Shown in pieces: positions 1 through 8,783 of a stretch of 64,000 nucleotides of DNA; within the stretch, counting starts at the first letter, position 1; each line of letters starts with the position of its first letter. The translations under genes were made by a program, and so were the position numbers. Source of the DNA: a virus; the IMG/VR virus record IMGVR_UViG_3300037471_000630, positions 2,242 to 66,241 of that record. One strand, 5' to 3'. The notes under the pieces are model-generated. The model was not told where the DNA came from. It saw only the letters and a list, made by a program, of their open reading frames with translations, and searched no databases.

Positions 1-1
1 G

Positions 2-784
2 TGCACTAGCGCCGAGAGCGGGACGGACCCTAACTTCCGGGTGTTCCACTGGAAGTCGGCCGAGATTCTGCCGCCGGACGTGATTGCGGCGATGCAGCGG
101 GCCATGTCGGCCAAGCAGTACCGCCAGGAGTTTGAGGCCAGCTTCGAGACGGCCACGGGGCGGATCTACGAGGACTACAGCAAGGCCAACCACACCAGCG
201 AGCGGATCCAGCCGCACGAGCAGCTGCTGTGGATGCATGACCAGAACTACACGCCGCTGTCGTCGGCGGTGGGCGTGCGGCGAGGCGAGAACGCGCGCGA
301 TCTGTACCTGCTGGACGAGATCGTGCTGACCTCGGCTGTATCCAAGCAGTCGGCGGCGGAGTTCGTGGAGAAGTTCAAGGACCACAAGAACCGACACGTG
401 CTGGTCTACGGTGATCCGGCCGGCCGCGCCGGCGAGAAGCACGGGCACCAGTCCGACTACACCGAGATCGAGGGCGTGCTGCGGGCCAACGGCTGGACGT
501 TCAGCCGCAAGGTTAAGCCGGCGGCGCCGGCGATCAAGGACCGGCAGAACGCGGTGCGCGCCAAGATCCGCGCCGCGGACGGCTCGCTGAGCCTGTTCGT
601 GAACCCGGCGACAGCCAAGTGGTGCGACAAGGGCCTGGCGACGGTGCAGCTCAAGGAAGGCTCGAGCTTCCAAGAGGACCAGGACAACAAGTACCAGCAC
701 ATCACGACGGCGATCGGCTACTGCGTTGACGTCGAGTGGCCGATCACCCGGCGCATGACCAGCGCCCAGACCACAGGACACTGA
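2..784 (+). CDS. terL: Terminase large subunit, C-terminal nuclease part (5'-truncated by window edge)
   Basis: Frame is open from position 2. YRQEFEASF, LLDEIV, YGDPAG and HITTAIGY motifs are typical of the TerL C-terminus. Lies directly upstream of the portal. Confidence 0.9.
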   Translation, partial: CTSAESGTDPNFRVFHWKSAEILPPDVIAAMQRAMSAKQYRQEFEASFETATGRIYEDYSKANHTSERIQPHEQLLWMHDQNYTPLSSAVGVRRGENARDLYLLDEIVLTSAVSKQSAAEFVEKFKDHKNRHVLVYGDPAGRAGEKHGHQSDYTEIEGVLRANGWTFSRKVKPAAPAIKDRQNAVRAKIRAADGSLSLFVNPATAKWCDKGLATVQLKEGSSFQEDQDNKYQHITTAIGYCVDVEWPITRRMTSAQTTGH

Positions 785-786
785 CC

Positions 787-2271
787 ATGGGCGTTGACGC
801 GCAACATCCGGATTACGGGGCGGGCTCCACGCGGTGGAAGCGGGCACGCGACGCGGCCGCTGGCCAGGATGCCATCCACGCCGCCGGCGCCGCCTACCTG
901 CCCAAGCTGTCGGAGCAGAGCGAAGACGAGTACCAGGCATACAAGGGAAGGGCGCTGTTCTATGGCGCCACCGGCCGCACGGTCGACGGCATGAGCGGCC
1001 TGGTGTTCCGCAAGCCGCCGACCATCACGCTGCCGGAAGGTGCGCAGTTCCTCGAGGACGATGTCGACACCTCCGGCACGCCGCTGGTGGCGTTCTCCGA
1101 GAAGGTTGTCGAGGAGATCCTCAAGGCGGGGCGGATCGGACTGCTGGCCGACTTCCCGGCGGTGCAGGGTGTGCGCACGCTGGCCGAGGAGCGTGCCATC
1201 GGGGCACGGCCGTACGTCAAGACCTACTGCGCCGAGTCCCTGATCAACTGGAAGATCGAGCGCGTGGGCAACCGCTCGGTGCTCACCATGGCCGTCCTGA
1301 AGGAGCAGGCCGAGATCGCCAAGGACGACTACGAGAGCGTGCGGGAGGACCGCTGGCGCGTGCTGCGCCTGTTGCCCAGCGACGCAGGCGGCCGCGTCTA
1401 CACGCAGGAGTTGTGGCGCAAGAAGGACAGCGCTGTGGCGGCCGGCGCGGACCAGTTCGAGCAGGTGGAGGGCTATCCGGTCACGCCGATGCTGGCCGGC
1501 AAGCCAATGGGCTTCATCCCGTTCCTGGTCTGCGGGCCGATGGGGATCGACTTCGAGGTCGCCAAGCCGCCAATCCTGGACTTGGCGGACGTAAACATCT
1601 CGCATTACAAAACGACGGCCGACTACGAGCACGGGCTGCACTTCACTGGGCTGCCAACGCCGATCGTCACGGGGCACAGCTTCGAGACCGGCGAGAAGTT
1701 CGCCCTCGGGAGCTCGGTGGTCAAGGCGTTCGAGAACCACGAAGCCAAGGCCTTCTTCCTGGAGTTCACCGGCGAGGGCCTGGGCGCACTGTCCAAGCGG
1801 CTCGAGGAGAAGGAAGCCATGATGGCCGCGCTCGGCGCCCGGATGCTGGCCGCGGAGAAGCGGGCCGCGGAAGCTGCGGAGACGGCAGCCATCCACCGCT
1901 CAGGCGAGAACGGCGTGCTCGGCTCGCTGGCGATCGGAGCCAGCCAGGCGATCAGCAAGGCGCTGACCTGGTGTGCCGAATGGGCTGGCGTTGTCGGCGA
2001 GGCGAAGGTGGAGCTCAACACCGACTACCTGCCGGCCGGCATGACGTCGCAGGACATCACGGCGCTGGTGCAGGCTTGGCAGGCCGGGGCGATCAGCCAC
2101 CTCACACTCCTGGACAACCTGCAGCGCGGAGAGATCGCGCGGCAAGGGGTCACGGCCGAGGAAGAGATCGCGCTGATCGAGTCCGAAGGCCCGAAGCTGG
2201 GCACCATGGGCGAGCCGGCCGGCGGCGTCCTGCCAGGCGGCGGAGGCGCTGGTGGCGGCGCCGGCCAATGA
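787..2271 (+). CDS. Portal protein (DUF4055-like)
   Basis: About 494 aa, follows terL. YLPKL..EY.AY..RA.FY, KPPILDLA.VN..HY and ETA motifs. ATG at 787 follows AGGA. Confidence 0.88.
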   Translation: MGVDAQHPDYGAGSTRWKRARDAAAGQDAIHAAGAAYLPKLSEQSEDEYQAYKGRALFYGATGRTVDGMSGLVFRKPPTITLPEGAQFLEDDVDTSGTPLVAFSEKVVEEILKAGRIGLLADFPAVQGVRTLAEERAIGARPYVKTYCAESLINWKIERVGNRSVLTMAVLKEQAEIAKDDYESVREDRWRVLRLLPSDAGGRVYTQELWRKKDSAVAAGADQFEQVEGYPVTPMLAGKPMGFIPFLVCGPMGIDFEVAKPPILDLADVNISHYKTTADYEHGLHFTGLPTPIVTGHSFETGEKFALGSSVVKAFENHEAKAFFLEFTGEGLGALSKRLEEKEAMMAALGARMLAAEKRAAEAAETAAIHRSGENGVLGSLAIGASQAISKALTWCAEWAGVVGEAKVELNTDYLPAGMTSQDITALVQAWQAGAISHLTLLDNLQRGEIARQGVTAEEEIALIESEGPKLGTMGEPAGGVLPGGGGAGGGAGQ

Positions 2272-4033
2272 GCGCCTGCACGACGCCGCGATCGGCCATG
2301 CAGTCGATCTGAGCCACTACAGCAACGGAGTCGTACAGCGCATCATCGCAACGCTGAATCGGGTCGATGCGCAGCTGTTCGCCGACCTGATCGCAGCGCT
2401 CGAGCGGATGCCCGCGGAGTCCTTCACCGTGGAGCGGCTCGATTCGCTGCTGTACTCGGTGCGGGCGCTGAATGCCCAGGCCTATACGGCGGTCGAGCGG
2501 GAGCTGTCACAGGACCTGAAGGACCTAGTGTCCTTCGAGGCGGAGTTCCAGACCGGCACGTTCACCAAGGCGGTGCCGGGCGAGGTGGTGGCGCAGGTCG
2601 GCATCGCGCCGGTGCAGGTGGAGCAGGTCTACGCCGCGGCAATGGCCCGGCCGTTCCAGGGCGTGCTGCTGCGGGGTGTTCTGGCAGACCTCGAGGCAGG
2701 CCGGGCCAAGAAGATCCGGGAGACGATCGCTTCCGGCTACGTGGCGAACGAGCCCACGGCCAAGATCGTGCAGCGGCTGCGCGGCACCCGGGCGCTGAAG
2801 TACGAGGACGGGGTCTTCAACCGCAGCCGGCGGGATGTGGAATCGGTGGTGAGAACGGCGATCGGCCACACTGCAGCGTTCACCCGGGACCGATTCTTCG
2901 AGGCGAACGACAAGCTGATCGCGTCTGTGCAATGGGTATCGACGCTGGACAACCGGACCAGCCCCATGTGCCGCATCCGCGATGGCAAGCAGTACACGAA
3001 GGACGACCACAAGCCGGTCGGCCACAGCATCCCGTGGGGCGCCGGCCCGGGGAACCTCCACTGGTGCTGCCGTTCGACGGCCACGCCGGTGACGAAGAGC
3101 TGGAAGCAGTTGACCGGCGTCGACATCGAGGAGTTCAGCCCGGCGACGCGGGCCAGCATGGACGGTCAGGTGCCGGCGTCGATGACCTATGCCGAGTGGC
3201 TAGGCAAGCAATCAGCGGCGCGGCAGGACGAGATCCTGGGCAAGGCCAAGGGGGCGATGTTTCGCACCGGCAAGTTGCCGCTGGAGGGCTTCTACAACGA
3301 CAAGGGCAAGGCCCTGACGATCGAGGAAATCAAGGCTCGGGAACCCGAGGCCTACAGCCGCGCCGGCCTGGACCTGCCGTTCAAGCCGCCGCCGGGCAAG
3401 CGCAAGGACGAGATCGCGCTGTTCCTGGAATCTCAGCCGGCGCAGGAGGCGATGTTGTCCAAGCTCTACTCGAGCCAGGGGATGGACTACGGAAGCCAGG
3501 CTTTGAGGGTGAAGCTGATTCGAGCTGATCAAGGTTACGACTCCACGGTCGAATCGCTGGCGGCGGTTCGTTACTACACCGGGGAGGGCTACGACGCCAT
3601 CAACAAGCGGATGCGCGAGTCGGTGGGAACGCTTGAAGACCGGCAGTTTTCGGCGCTGGCTGTCTCCAGCTTCCCGGGCATCGGGGAGTACAAGGGAGAG
3701 ATCTGGCGTGCTCCGTCAAGGCGTGCGTCAGGCGCGGATGCCTGGTGGGAGCGAGCCACTGTTGGGCATTACCTCGACATGGGCAACCAGCTGCAGTCCT
3801 TCTCGAACTCATCGGCACTTGCCGCAGATTGGGCGGCACGCGGGGACGTGCTGTTGCGCGTTGAAAAGAGCAGGGTGGGGGTGTACATTGAACCGCTCTC
3901 GCTCAACCACGGCGAACATGAGGTGCTGTTGCCTCCCGGGTTGAAGTACCGTGTTGTCGGCAAAGGTGCCAAGACGATCGCTGGGCGCGAGTATCGAGTG
4001 ATCGACCTGGAGATTGAAAGTGGCGACGAGTAG
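2252..4033 (+). CDS. MuF/SPP1 gp7-like minor head protein with C-terminal ADP-ribosyltransferase domain
   Basis: MuF motifs VRTA, WVSTLDNRTSPMCRIRDG and HWCCRS. The C-terminal ~150 aa carry YTGEGYDAINKRMR, WR, SFS and EHEVLLPPG (VIP2/C3-like R-S-E ART). Confidence 0.85.
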   Translation: MAAPANERLHDAAIGHAVDLSHYSNGVVQRIIATLNRVDAQLFADLIAALERMPAESFTVERLDSLLYSVRALNAQAYTAVERELSQDLKDLVSFEAEFQTGTFTKAVPGEVVAQVGIAPVQVEQVYAAAMARPFQGVLLRGVLADLEAGRAKKIRETIASGYVANEPTAKIVQRLRGTRALKYEDGVFNRSRRDVESVVRTAIGHTAAFTRDRFFEANDKLIASVQWVSTLDNRTSPMCRIRDGKQYTKDDHKPVGHSIPWGAGPGNLHWCCRSTATPVTKSWKQLTGVDIEEFSPATRASMDGQVPASMTYAEWLGKQSAARQDEILGKAKGAMFRTGKLPLEGFYNDKGKALTIEEIKAREPEAYSRAGLDLPFKPPPGKRKDEIALFLESQPAQEAMLSKLYSSQGMDYGSQALRVKLIRADQGYDSTVESLAAVRYYTGEGYDAINKRMRESVGTLEDRQFSALAVSSFPGIGEYKGEIWRAPSRRASGADAWWERATVGHYLDMGNQLQSFSNSSALAADWAARGDVLLRVEKSRVGVYIEPLSLNHGEHEVLLPPGLKYRVVGKGAKTIAGREYRVIDLEIESGDE

Positions 4034-4214
4034 CACCCCAATCAAGGACCGGCGGACGTACAGCGTCTACGGCCTGTTGGCTGCTGGTCGCCGCTTTGTG
4101 TGCGACTACGACGAGCAGGACGCGATCGAGGACTACCTCGATTTGCACCCCGGAGCCGACGAGGCCGCGGTGCGTGCGGAGTTGCAGGCCGAGATCAAGA
4201 AGCATGGCGGCTGA
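4020..4214 (+). CDS. Small acidic protein, candidate immunity protein for the MuF toxin
   Basis: Overlaps the MuF-ART stop. GTG at 4020 follows GGAG. Function inferred from position only. Confidence 0.55.
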   Translation: MATSSTPIKDRRTYSVYGLLAAGRRFVCDYDEQDAIEDYLDLHPGADEAAVRAELQAEIKKHGG

Positions 4215-4482
4215 CGGCAGGCCAGGCCTGCACCTCGTCCCACCGTCCGAGCCCAGCGCCAAGGACAAGATCCTCCAGCGGATCAAGGCTGCGCCGAAAC
4301 CTGACGGTCTGCTGCAGTGCAACCGCTGCGGCGGCCGAACCGTGCTGAACACCGAAGCGGGCGTCGTCGTGAAGAACGGCCGGCGCCAGCGGGGAACGAA
4401 GATCGACACCGACGTCTGCGCCAACTGCTGGAAGCAGGGGATCGCAGTACCGATGCAGCCGGCGCTGAAAGAAGCGAAGTGA
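4204..4482 (+). CDS. Zn-ribbon protein (CxxC...CxxC)
   Basis: CNRC and CANC motifs; overlaps both neighbours. Confidence 0.65.
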   Translation: MAADGRPGLHLVPPSEPSAKDKILQRIKAAPKPDGLLQCNRCGGRTVLNTEAGVVVKNGRRQRGTKIDTDVCANCWKQGIAVPMQPALKEAK

Positions 4483-4700
4483 TGGAAGCGCTGGCGTTCC
4501 TCAACTCCCTGCGGCCAGCGCTCCCTATGAGCGTCGAGCGGCCATGCACGGAGCCATCGAATGGAGAGCTGCGCCGCTGGATGCGTGACGGCGCCGTGAT
4601 GCTGAACGGCCGCACGTTGCGCGCTGGCGAGGATGTGGGCGAGGTGGAGAGCTTGGTGTTCTTCCCCGCGTCGCAGCGCCGCAAGACGACGCTGTTCTAA
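4482..4700 (+). CDS. Small S4-like RNA-binding domain protein
   Basis: SNGELRRWMRDGAVMLNG resembles the S4 consensus S..EARRLI..G.V.VNG. TGATG coupling to the previous gene. Confidence 0.6.
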   Translation: MEALAFLNSLRPALPMSVERPCTEPSNGELRRWMRDGAVMLNGRTLRAGEDVGEVESLVFFPASQRRKTTLF

Positions 4701-4733
4701 CTCAGACACCGGGCCGCAAGGCCCACCCGAATC

Positions 4734-4767
4734 AAGCCCGCCAGGGGAAACCTCGGCGGGCTTTTTC
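4734..4767 (+). terminator. Rho-independent terminator
   Basis: AAGCCCGCC-loop-GGCGGGCTTTTT. Confidence 0.8.
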
Positions 4768-4802
4768 ACGCCCGTTAACCCGGGCGTGCTCACCTGCCGG
4801 AA

Positions 4803-4864
4803 CACGGATGTGGGAAGGCGCTCCCGCGGCCGGATGGCCGCACCCGTACTGAGGGCGGATGCCC
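4803..4864 (+). promoter_or_regulatory. Three GGAT-loop hairpins in the scaffold 5' leader
   Basis: CAC-GGAT-GTG (4803-4812), GCGGCC-GGAT-GGCCGC (4826-4841), GGGC-GGAT-GCCC (4853-4864). Confidence 0.6.
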
Positions 4865-4881
4865 GAGGAAACAGCAATTCC

Positions 4882-5676
4882 ATGAAGCTCAAACTCGACG
4901 ACAAAGGCAATGTGGTTCTCCAGGACGGCAAGCCCGTCTACACCCTGGACGACGGCCGCGAAGTGGCGCACGACGCCGCTGCGACGGTCGCCACCATCTC
5001 CCGGTTGAACGGCGAGGCGAAAGCCCATCGCGAAGCCAAAGAGGCGGCAGAAGCGAAGCTCAAGGGATTCGAGGGGATCGAAGACGGCGAGGCGGCCCGC
5101 AAGGCGCTGGAAACCGTCAAGAACCTCAAGGACGGCGAGCTCGTGACTGCCGGCAAGGTCCAGGAAATCAAGGACGCGGCCGCGGCGTCCGCGAAGCAGG
5201 CTGTGGCGGATGCCACGCGTGCTGCGGAAGCCCGTGAGCGTGAGCTGACCACCCAGGTCGCCCAGCTCACCGCGGATCGCGACAGCCGCATCATCGGCGG
5301 CTCGTTCGCCAGCTCGAAGTTCATCGGCGACCGCTTGGCCATCCCGGCCGACATCGCGCAGAAGTTCTTCGGCGATCGCTTCAAGGTGGAGGGCGGCAAG
5401 CTGGTCCCCATGGACGCCAGCGGAAACCCGATCTTCTCCGCGACGCGACACGGCGAGCACGCCGACTTCGAGGAAGCCATCGCCGTGATGGTCAACGCCT
5501 ACCCGCACAAGGAGATGATCCTGAAGGCGTCGGGCGCGACCGGCGGCGGCGCTGGCGGCAATGGTGGAGGTGCTGGCGGGAAGCGGACCATGACGCGTGC
5601 CCAGTTCGACGCCCTGGACCACGCCGCGCGAGCGGCCGCGGTGACGGGCAAGGACCCGGTCACGATCGTCGACTGA
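4882..5676 (+). CDS. Capsid scaffolding protein (DUF6651-like)
   Basis: MKLKLD..G.VV.QDGKPVY start, coiled coil, Gly-rich C-terminus ending MTRAQFDAL; upstream of the capsid gene. Confidence 0.85.
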   Translation: MKLKLDDKGNVVLQDGKPVYTLDDGREVAHDAAATVATISRLNGEAKAHREAKEAAEAKLKGFEGIEDGEAARKALETVKNLKDGELVTAGKVQEIKDAAAASAKQAVADATRAAEARERELTTQVAQLTADRDSRIIGGSFASSKFIGDRLAIPADIAQKFFGDRFKVEGGKLVPMDASGNPIFSATRHGEHADFEEAIAVMVNAYPHKEMILKASGATGGGAGGNGGGAGGKRTMTRAQFDALDHAARAAAVTGKDPVTIVD

Positions 5677-5700
5677 CCCAACCCCTGTTCCCAACCCACG

Positions 5701-5724
5701 GCCCGCCATGAGCGGGCTTTTTCA
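5701..5724 (+). terminator. Rho-independent terminator/attenuator between scaffold and capsid
   Basis: GCCCGC-CATGA-GCGGGC-TTTTT. Confidence 0.7.
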
Positions 5725-5741
5725 TTTCAGAAAGACCCATC

Positions 5742-6890
5742 ATGGCAAACACCCTCACCGGCATGATCCCGACCCTGTACGAGGCGCTCAACCGCGTCTC
5801 GCGCGAGATGGTCGGCTTCATCCCCGCCGTCAACCGCAACAGCAACGCCGAGCGCGCCGCTGTCAACCAGACCGTGCGCGTGCCGATCGGCTCGGCCGGC
5901 GCCCTGGAGGACATCACGCCCGGCGCGACCCCGGCCAACAGCGGAGACACGACCGTCGACTACGCCGACGTGACCATCACCAAGTCGAAGGCGGCGCCGA
6001 TCCGCTGGAACGGTGAGGAGCAGAAGGCTGTCGGCTCGACCGGCACCTACAACGCCATCCTGGCCGACCAGTTCACCGACGCGATGCGCAAGATCGTGAA
6101 CTCGATGGAAGTCGACCTGGCCGTGGCGGCCAAGCAGGGCGCCTCGCGTGCCTACGGCACCGCCGGCACGACCCCGCTGGGCACCGCCGGTGACCTGTCC
6201 GACCTGGCCGGCGTGGCCAAGATCCTGGACGACAACGGCGCGCCGCTCGAGGACCGCCAGATCGTGTTCAACTCGGCCTCCATCGCCAACCTGCGCGGCA
6301 AGCAGTCGGTGCTGTTCAAGGTGAACGAGGCCGGCTCGTCCGACATGCTGCGCCGCGGCATGACCGACCTGCTGCAGAACATGGCCGTGCGCTACTCGGG
6401 CGGCATCGTGGCGCACACCAAGGGCACCGGCTCCGGCTTCCTGGTGAACAACGGCGCCGGCTACTCCGTCGGCGACAAGGCGATCACGGTCGACACCGGC
6501 ACCGGCACCATCCTGGCCGGCGACGTGCTGACTGCCACCGGCGACACCAACAAGTACGTCGTGGGCGGCGCCCTGGCGTCCAACGTGGTGACGCTGAACA
6601 AGCCCGGCCTGCTGGCCGCGCTGGCCGACAACACGGCGCTGACCGTGGGCAACAACTACACCGGCAACTTCGCGTTCAACCGCAACGCGATCGTGCTGGC
6701 GTGCCGTGCCCCGGCGGTGCCGGAAGGCGGCGACTCGGCCGACGACGCCATGATGATCGCGGACCCGGTGACGGGCCTGACGTTCGAAGTGCGCATCTAC
6801 CGCCAGTACCGCCAAGTGAAGATCGAGGTCTGCATGGCCTGGGGCACCGCGGTCATCAAGCCCGAGCACATCGCCACGCTGCTCGGCTGA
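5742..6890 (+). CDS. Major capsid protein (P22 coat-like)
   Basis: 382 aa, MANTLT..IP.LY.AL..VSRE.VG.IPAV start, strongly biased codon usage, position after scaffold. Confidence 0.9.
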   Translation: MANTLTGMIPTLYEALNRVSREMVGFIPAVNRNSNAERAAVNQTVRVPIGSAGALEDITPGATPANSGDTTVDYADVTITKSKAAPIRWNGEEQKAVGSTGTYNAILADQFTDAMRKIVNSMEVDLAVAAKQGASRAYGTAGTTPLGTAGDLSDLAGVAKILDDNGAPLEDRQIVFNSASIANLRGKQSVLFKVNEAGSSDMLRRGMTDLLQNMAVRYSGGIVAHTKGTGSGFLVNNGAGYSVGDKAITVDTGTGTILAGDVLTATGDTNKYVVGGALASNVVTLNKPGLLAALADNTALTVGNNYTGNFAFNRNAIVLACRAPAVPEGGDSADDAMMIADPVTGLTFEVRIYRQYRQVKIEVCMAWGTAVIKPEHIATLLG

Positions 6891-6949
6891 TGCCGGGCTG
6901 GCCGGGGCCTTCGGGCTCCGGCTCCTTCCTTCCATCACTGGAGCCCTCA

Positions 6950-7114
6950 ATGGCCAAAGCCAAAGACCAGGCCGGCGCGAAGCCGGACGAAACGCAAGAC
7001 CAGGCCGGCGCGAAGCCGGACGAGGTCGTCATGGAGAAGGACGGCGTTCGCACCGAAGTGCGCAACAACGGTTCCGTCGAAGTGATGGAGCAGGCCGGCT
7101 GGAAGCTGGTCTGA
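6950..7114 (+). CDS. Small protein after the capsid gene, with an internal 11-aa duplication
   Basis: ATG after GGAG; DQAGAKPDE occurs twice. Confidence 0.65.
   Translation: MAKAKDQAGAKPDETQDQAGAKPDEVVMEKDGVRTEVRNNGSVEVMEQAGWKLV
6963..7023 (+). repeat. 28-bp direct repeat with 33-bp period
   Basis: AAGACCAGGCCGGCGCGAAGCCGGACGA at 6963-6990 and 6996-7023. Confidence 0.9.
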
Positions 7115-7171
7115 GCATCCTGCGTGAAGCGCCCGCCTGGGCGCTTTGCAGAGGCGGCACAGGAGAACCGA

Positions 7172-7696
7172 ATGGCGCTTGAAGTCGAAGACGGCACCGG
7201 CAAGGCGAACGCGGAAGCCTACATTTCGGCCGCCGACGCTACCGCTTATCACGCGGCGCGGGCGAATGCAGCCTGGGCTGCGGTGGCCGACGACGCCACC
7301 CGTGAGGCCTACCTGCGCCGCGCCACCGACTACATGGCCGTCTACCGTGACCGCTGGGCCGGCTGGCGTGTGAGCACGACCCAGGCGCTGGACTGGCCGC
7401 GCTACGAGGTGCCGATCCGCGATGCGTCCTATGCGGGCGCGCAGCTGCTGGCCTACTACCCGGCCGATGCGGTGCCCGTCCAGGTGCAGCGAGCCTGCGC
7501 CGAGCTCGCCCTGCGCGCGATTGACGGCGACCTCAATGCGGATCTGGCAGCTCCGGTAATTGAGGAGACGGTCGGGCCGATCACGACGAAGTACGCCGAC
7601 GGCGCGCGGCAGTCCAAGACCTTCCCGGCCATCGACGCCATGCTGGCGCCGTTCCTGGACGGGTCGGGCAACTCGCTGAAGGTCAAGAGGGCCTGA
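7172..7696 (+). CDS. Head-tail adaptor (DnaT-like annotated family)
   Basis: MAL.VEDGTG..NA.AY, QALDWPR, ACAELA and VGPI...Y motifs; AGGAG RBS. Confidence 0.82.
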   Translation: MALEVEDGTGKANAEAYISAADATAYHAARANAAWAAVADDATREAYLRRATDYMAVYRDRWAGWRVSTTQALDWPRYEVPIRDASYAGAQLLAYYPADAVPVQVQRACAELALRAIDGDLNADLAAPVIEETVGPITTKYADGARQSKTFPAIDAMLAPFLDGSGNSLKVKRA

Positions 7697-7699
7697 GCC

Positions 7700-8131
7700 A
7701 TGACGGTCATTGCCTGGGATGGCAAGACGCTGGCCGCCGACAGAGCTGCCACGAACTGCGGCTACCGTCGCACGCTGACCAAGATCTTCCGCGTGCCAGG
7801 CGGCATGGTGGGTTTTGCCGGAGACGGTTCTCGCGCCATGGCATTCCTTGAATGGTTTCGCAACGGCAGAGATCCGGCCGACTATCCAGACTTCCAGCGA
7901 GGCGATGACTCGGTGGGCTGCATCTTCATCGGGGACCGCGGCGAGAGCTTGGCATACCTCCACACCCCGTACCCAGAGGTGCACCTGGACAGATTCGACG
8001 CCATCGGGTCTGGCCGCGACTACGCCCTGGCGGCCATGTACCTCGGGTACGACGCGCGGCGCGCGGTGGAAGTGGCCTGCGCCCTGGATAACGGCTGCGG
8101 CAACGGCATCGACACGCTGGAGCTGGAATGA
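7700..8131 (+). CDS. Proteasome-beta/HslV-like Ntn hydrolase
   Basis: N-terminal Thr after Met (TVIAWDGKTLAAD), then KI, GFAG and AIGSG..ALAAM motifs. Confidence 0.7.
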   Translation: MTVIAWDGKTLAADRAATNCGYRRTLTKIFRVPGGMVGFAGDGSRAMAFLEWFRNGRDPADYPDFQRGDDSVGCIFIGDRGESLAYLHTPYPEVHLDRFDAIGSGRDYALAAMYLGYDARRAVEVACALDNGCGNGIDTLELE

Positions 8132-8496
8132 GCTTCGACTACACCCGAACCCGCGCCACCGTGCAGCGCCTGCTGGCGAAGTTCGGCGCCGAGACGACGC
8201 TGACTACGCCCGCGCCAACCGCTCCGACCTACGACACGACCAGCGGGAACGCCACGCCGGCGAGCCCCACGGTCGACACCGTGACCGCCGCGGTCTTCCC
8301 CTACGCCGACAAGTTCGTCGACGGAACCATGATCCTGGCCGGCGACGAGCAGGCCTTTCTCAGCGCGGTGGGCATTACGGAGCCGAAGCCCGGTTCGGTG
8401 CTGTCCTGGCGCGCCAGGAGCTACACGACCATCCGCGCCAAGACGCTGGCGCCGGCCGGCGAGGCGGTCATCTACGAACTGCAGGTGAGAGCATGA
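8128..8496 (+). CDS. Head closure / head-tail joining protein
   Basis: 122 aa; LLAKFG..., DGT.I..GD and YELQVR motifs; position in the neck cluster. Confidence 0.75.
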   Translation: MSFDYTRTRATVQRLLAKFGAETTLTTPAPTAPTYDTTSGNATPASPTVDTVTAAVFPYADKFVDGTMILAGDEQAFLSAVGITEPKPGSVLSWRARSYTTIRAKTLAPAGEAVIYELQVRA

Positions 8497-8783
8497 AGCG
8501 AGATTTGCCCTCGGCCGAGTTGAAGCTCCAGGCCGTCGAGCGCGAGGTGCGCGATCTGCGCGCCCTGGTCGACACGTTGATGGCCAGCAAGTTGAGCGAA
8601 CGGCGTGCCAAGATCGAGAAGGAAGTCGCCTTGTGGGGTCTGACGATCCGCGACTACTCGCTCAAGCAGCAGGTCGAGATCGGTTACCACGAGCGCCACT
8701 TCTGCCGGCCGAAGGTGCGCGTAGCAGGCCAGCCGCAGGGCCTGGCAGCGGTGGTCAAGCGCCGGTGGAAGCGCGCCAAGTGA
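8493..8783 (+). CDS. Hypothetical protein
   Basis: ATGA/GTGA overlaps with both neighbours. Confidence 0.6.
   Translation: MKRDLPSAELKLQAVEREVRDLRALVDTLMASKLSERRAKIEKEVALWGLTIRDYSLKQQVEIGYHERHFCRPKVRVAGQPQGLAAVVKRRWKRAK

Noticed and set aside
6963-7023. Direct repeat as a possible mini CRISPR or regulatory array
   Set aside because: Only two copies with a 5-bp spacer, in frame within a small ORF; a simple coding duplication.
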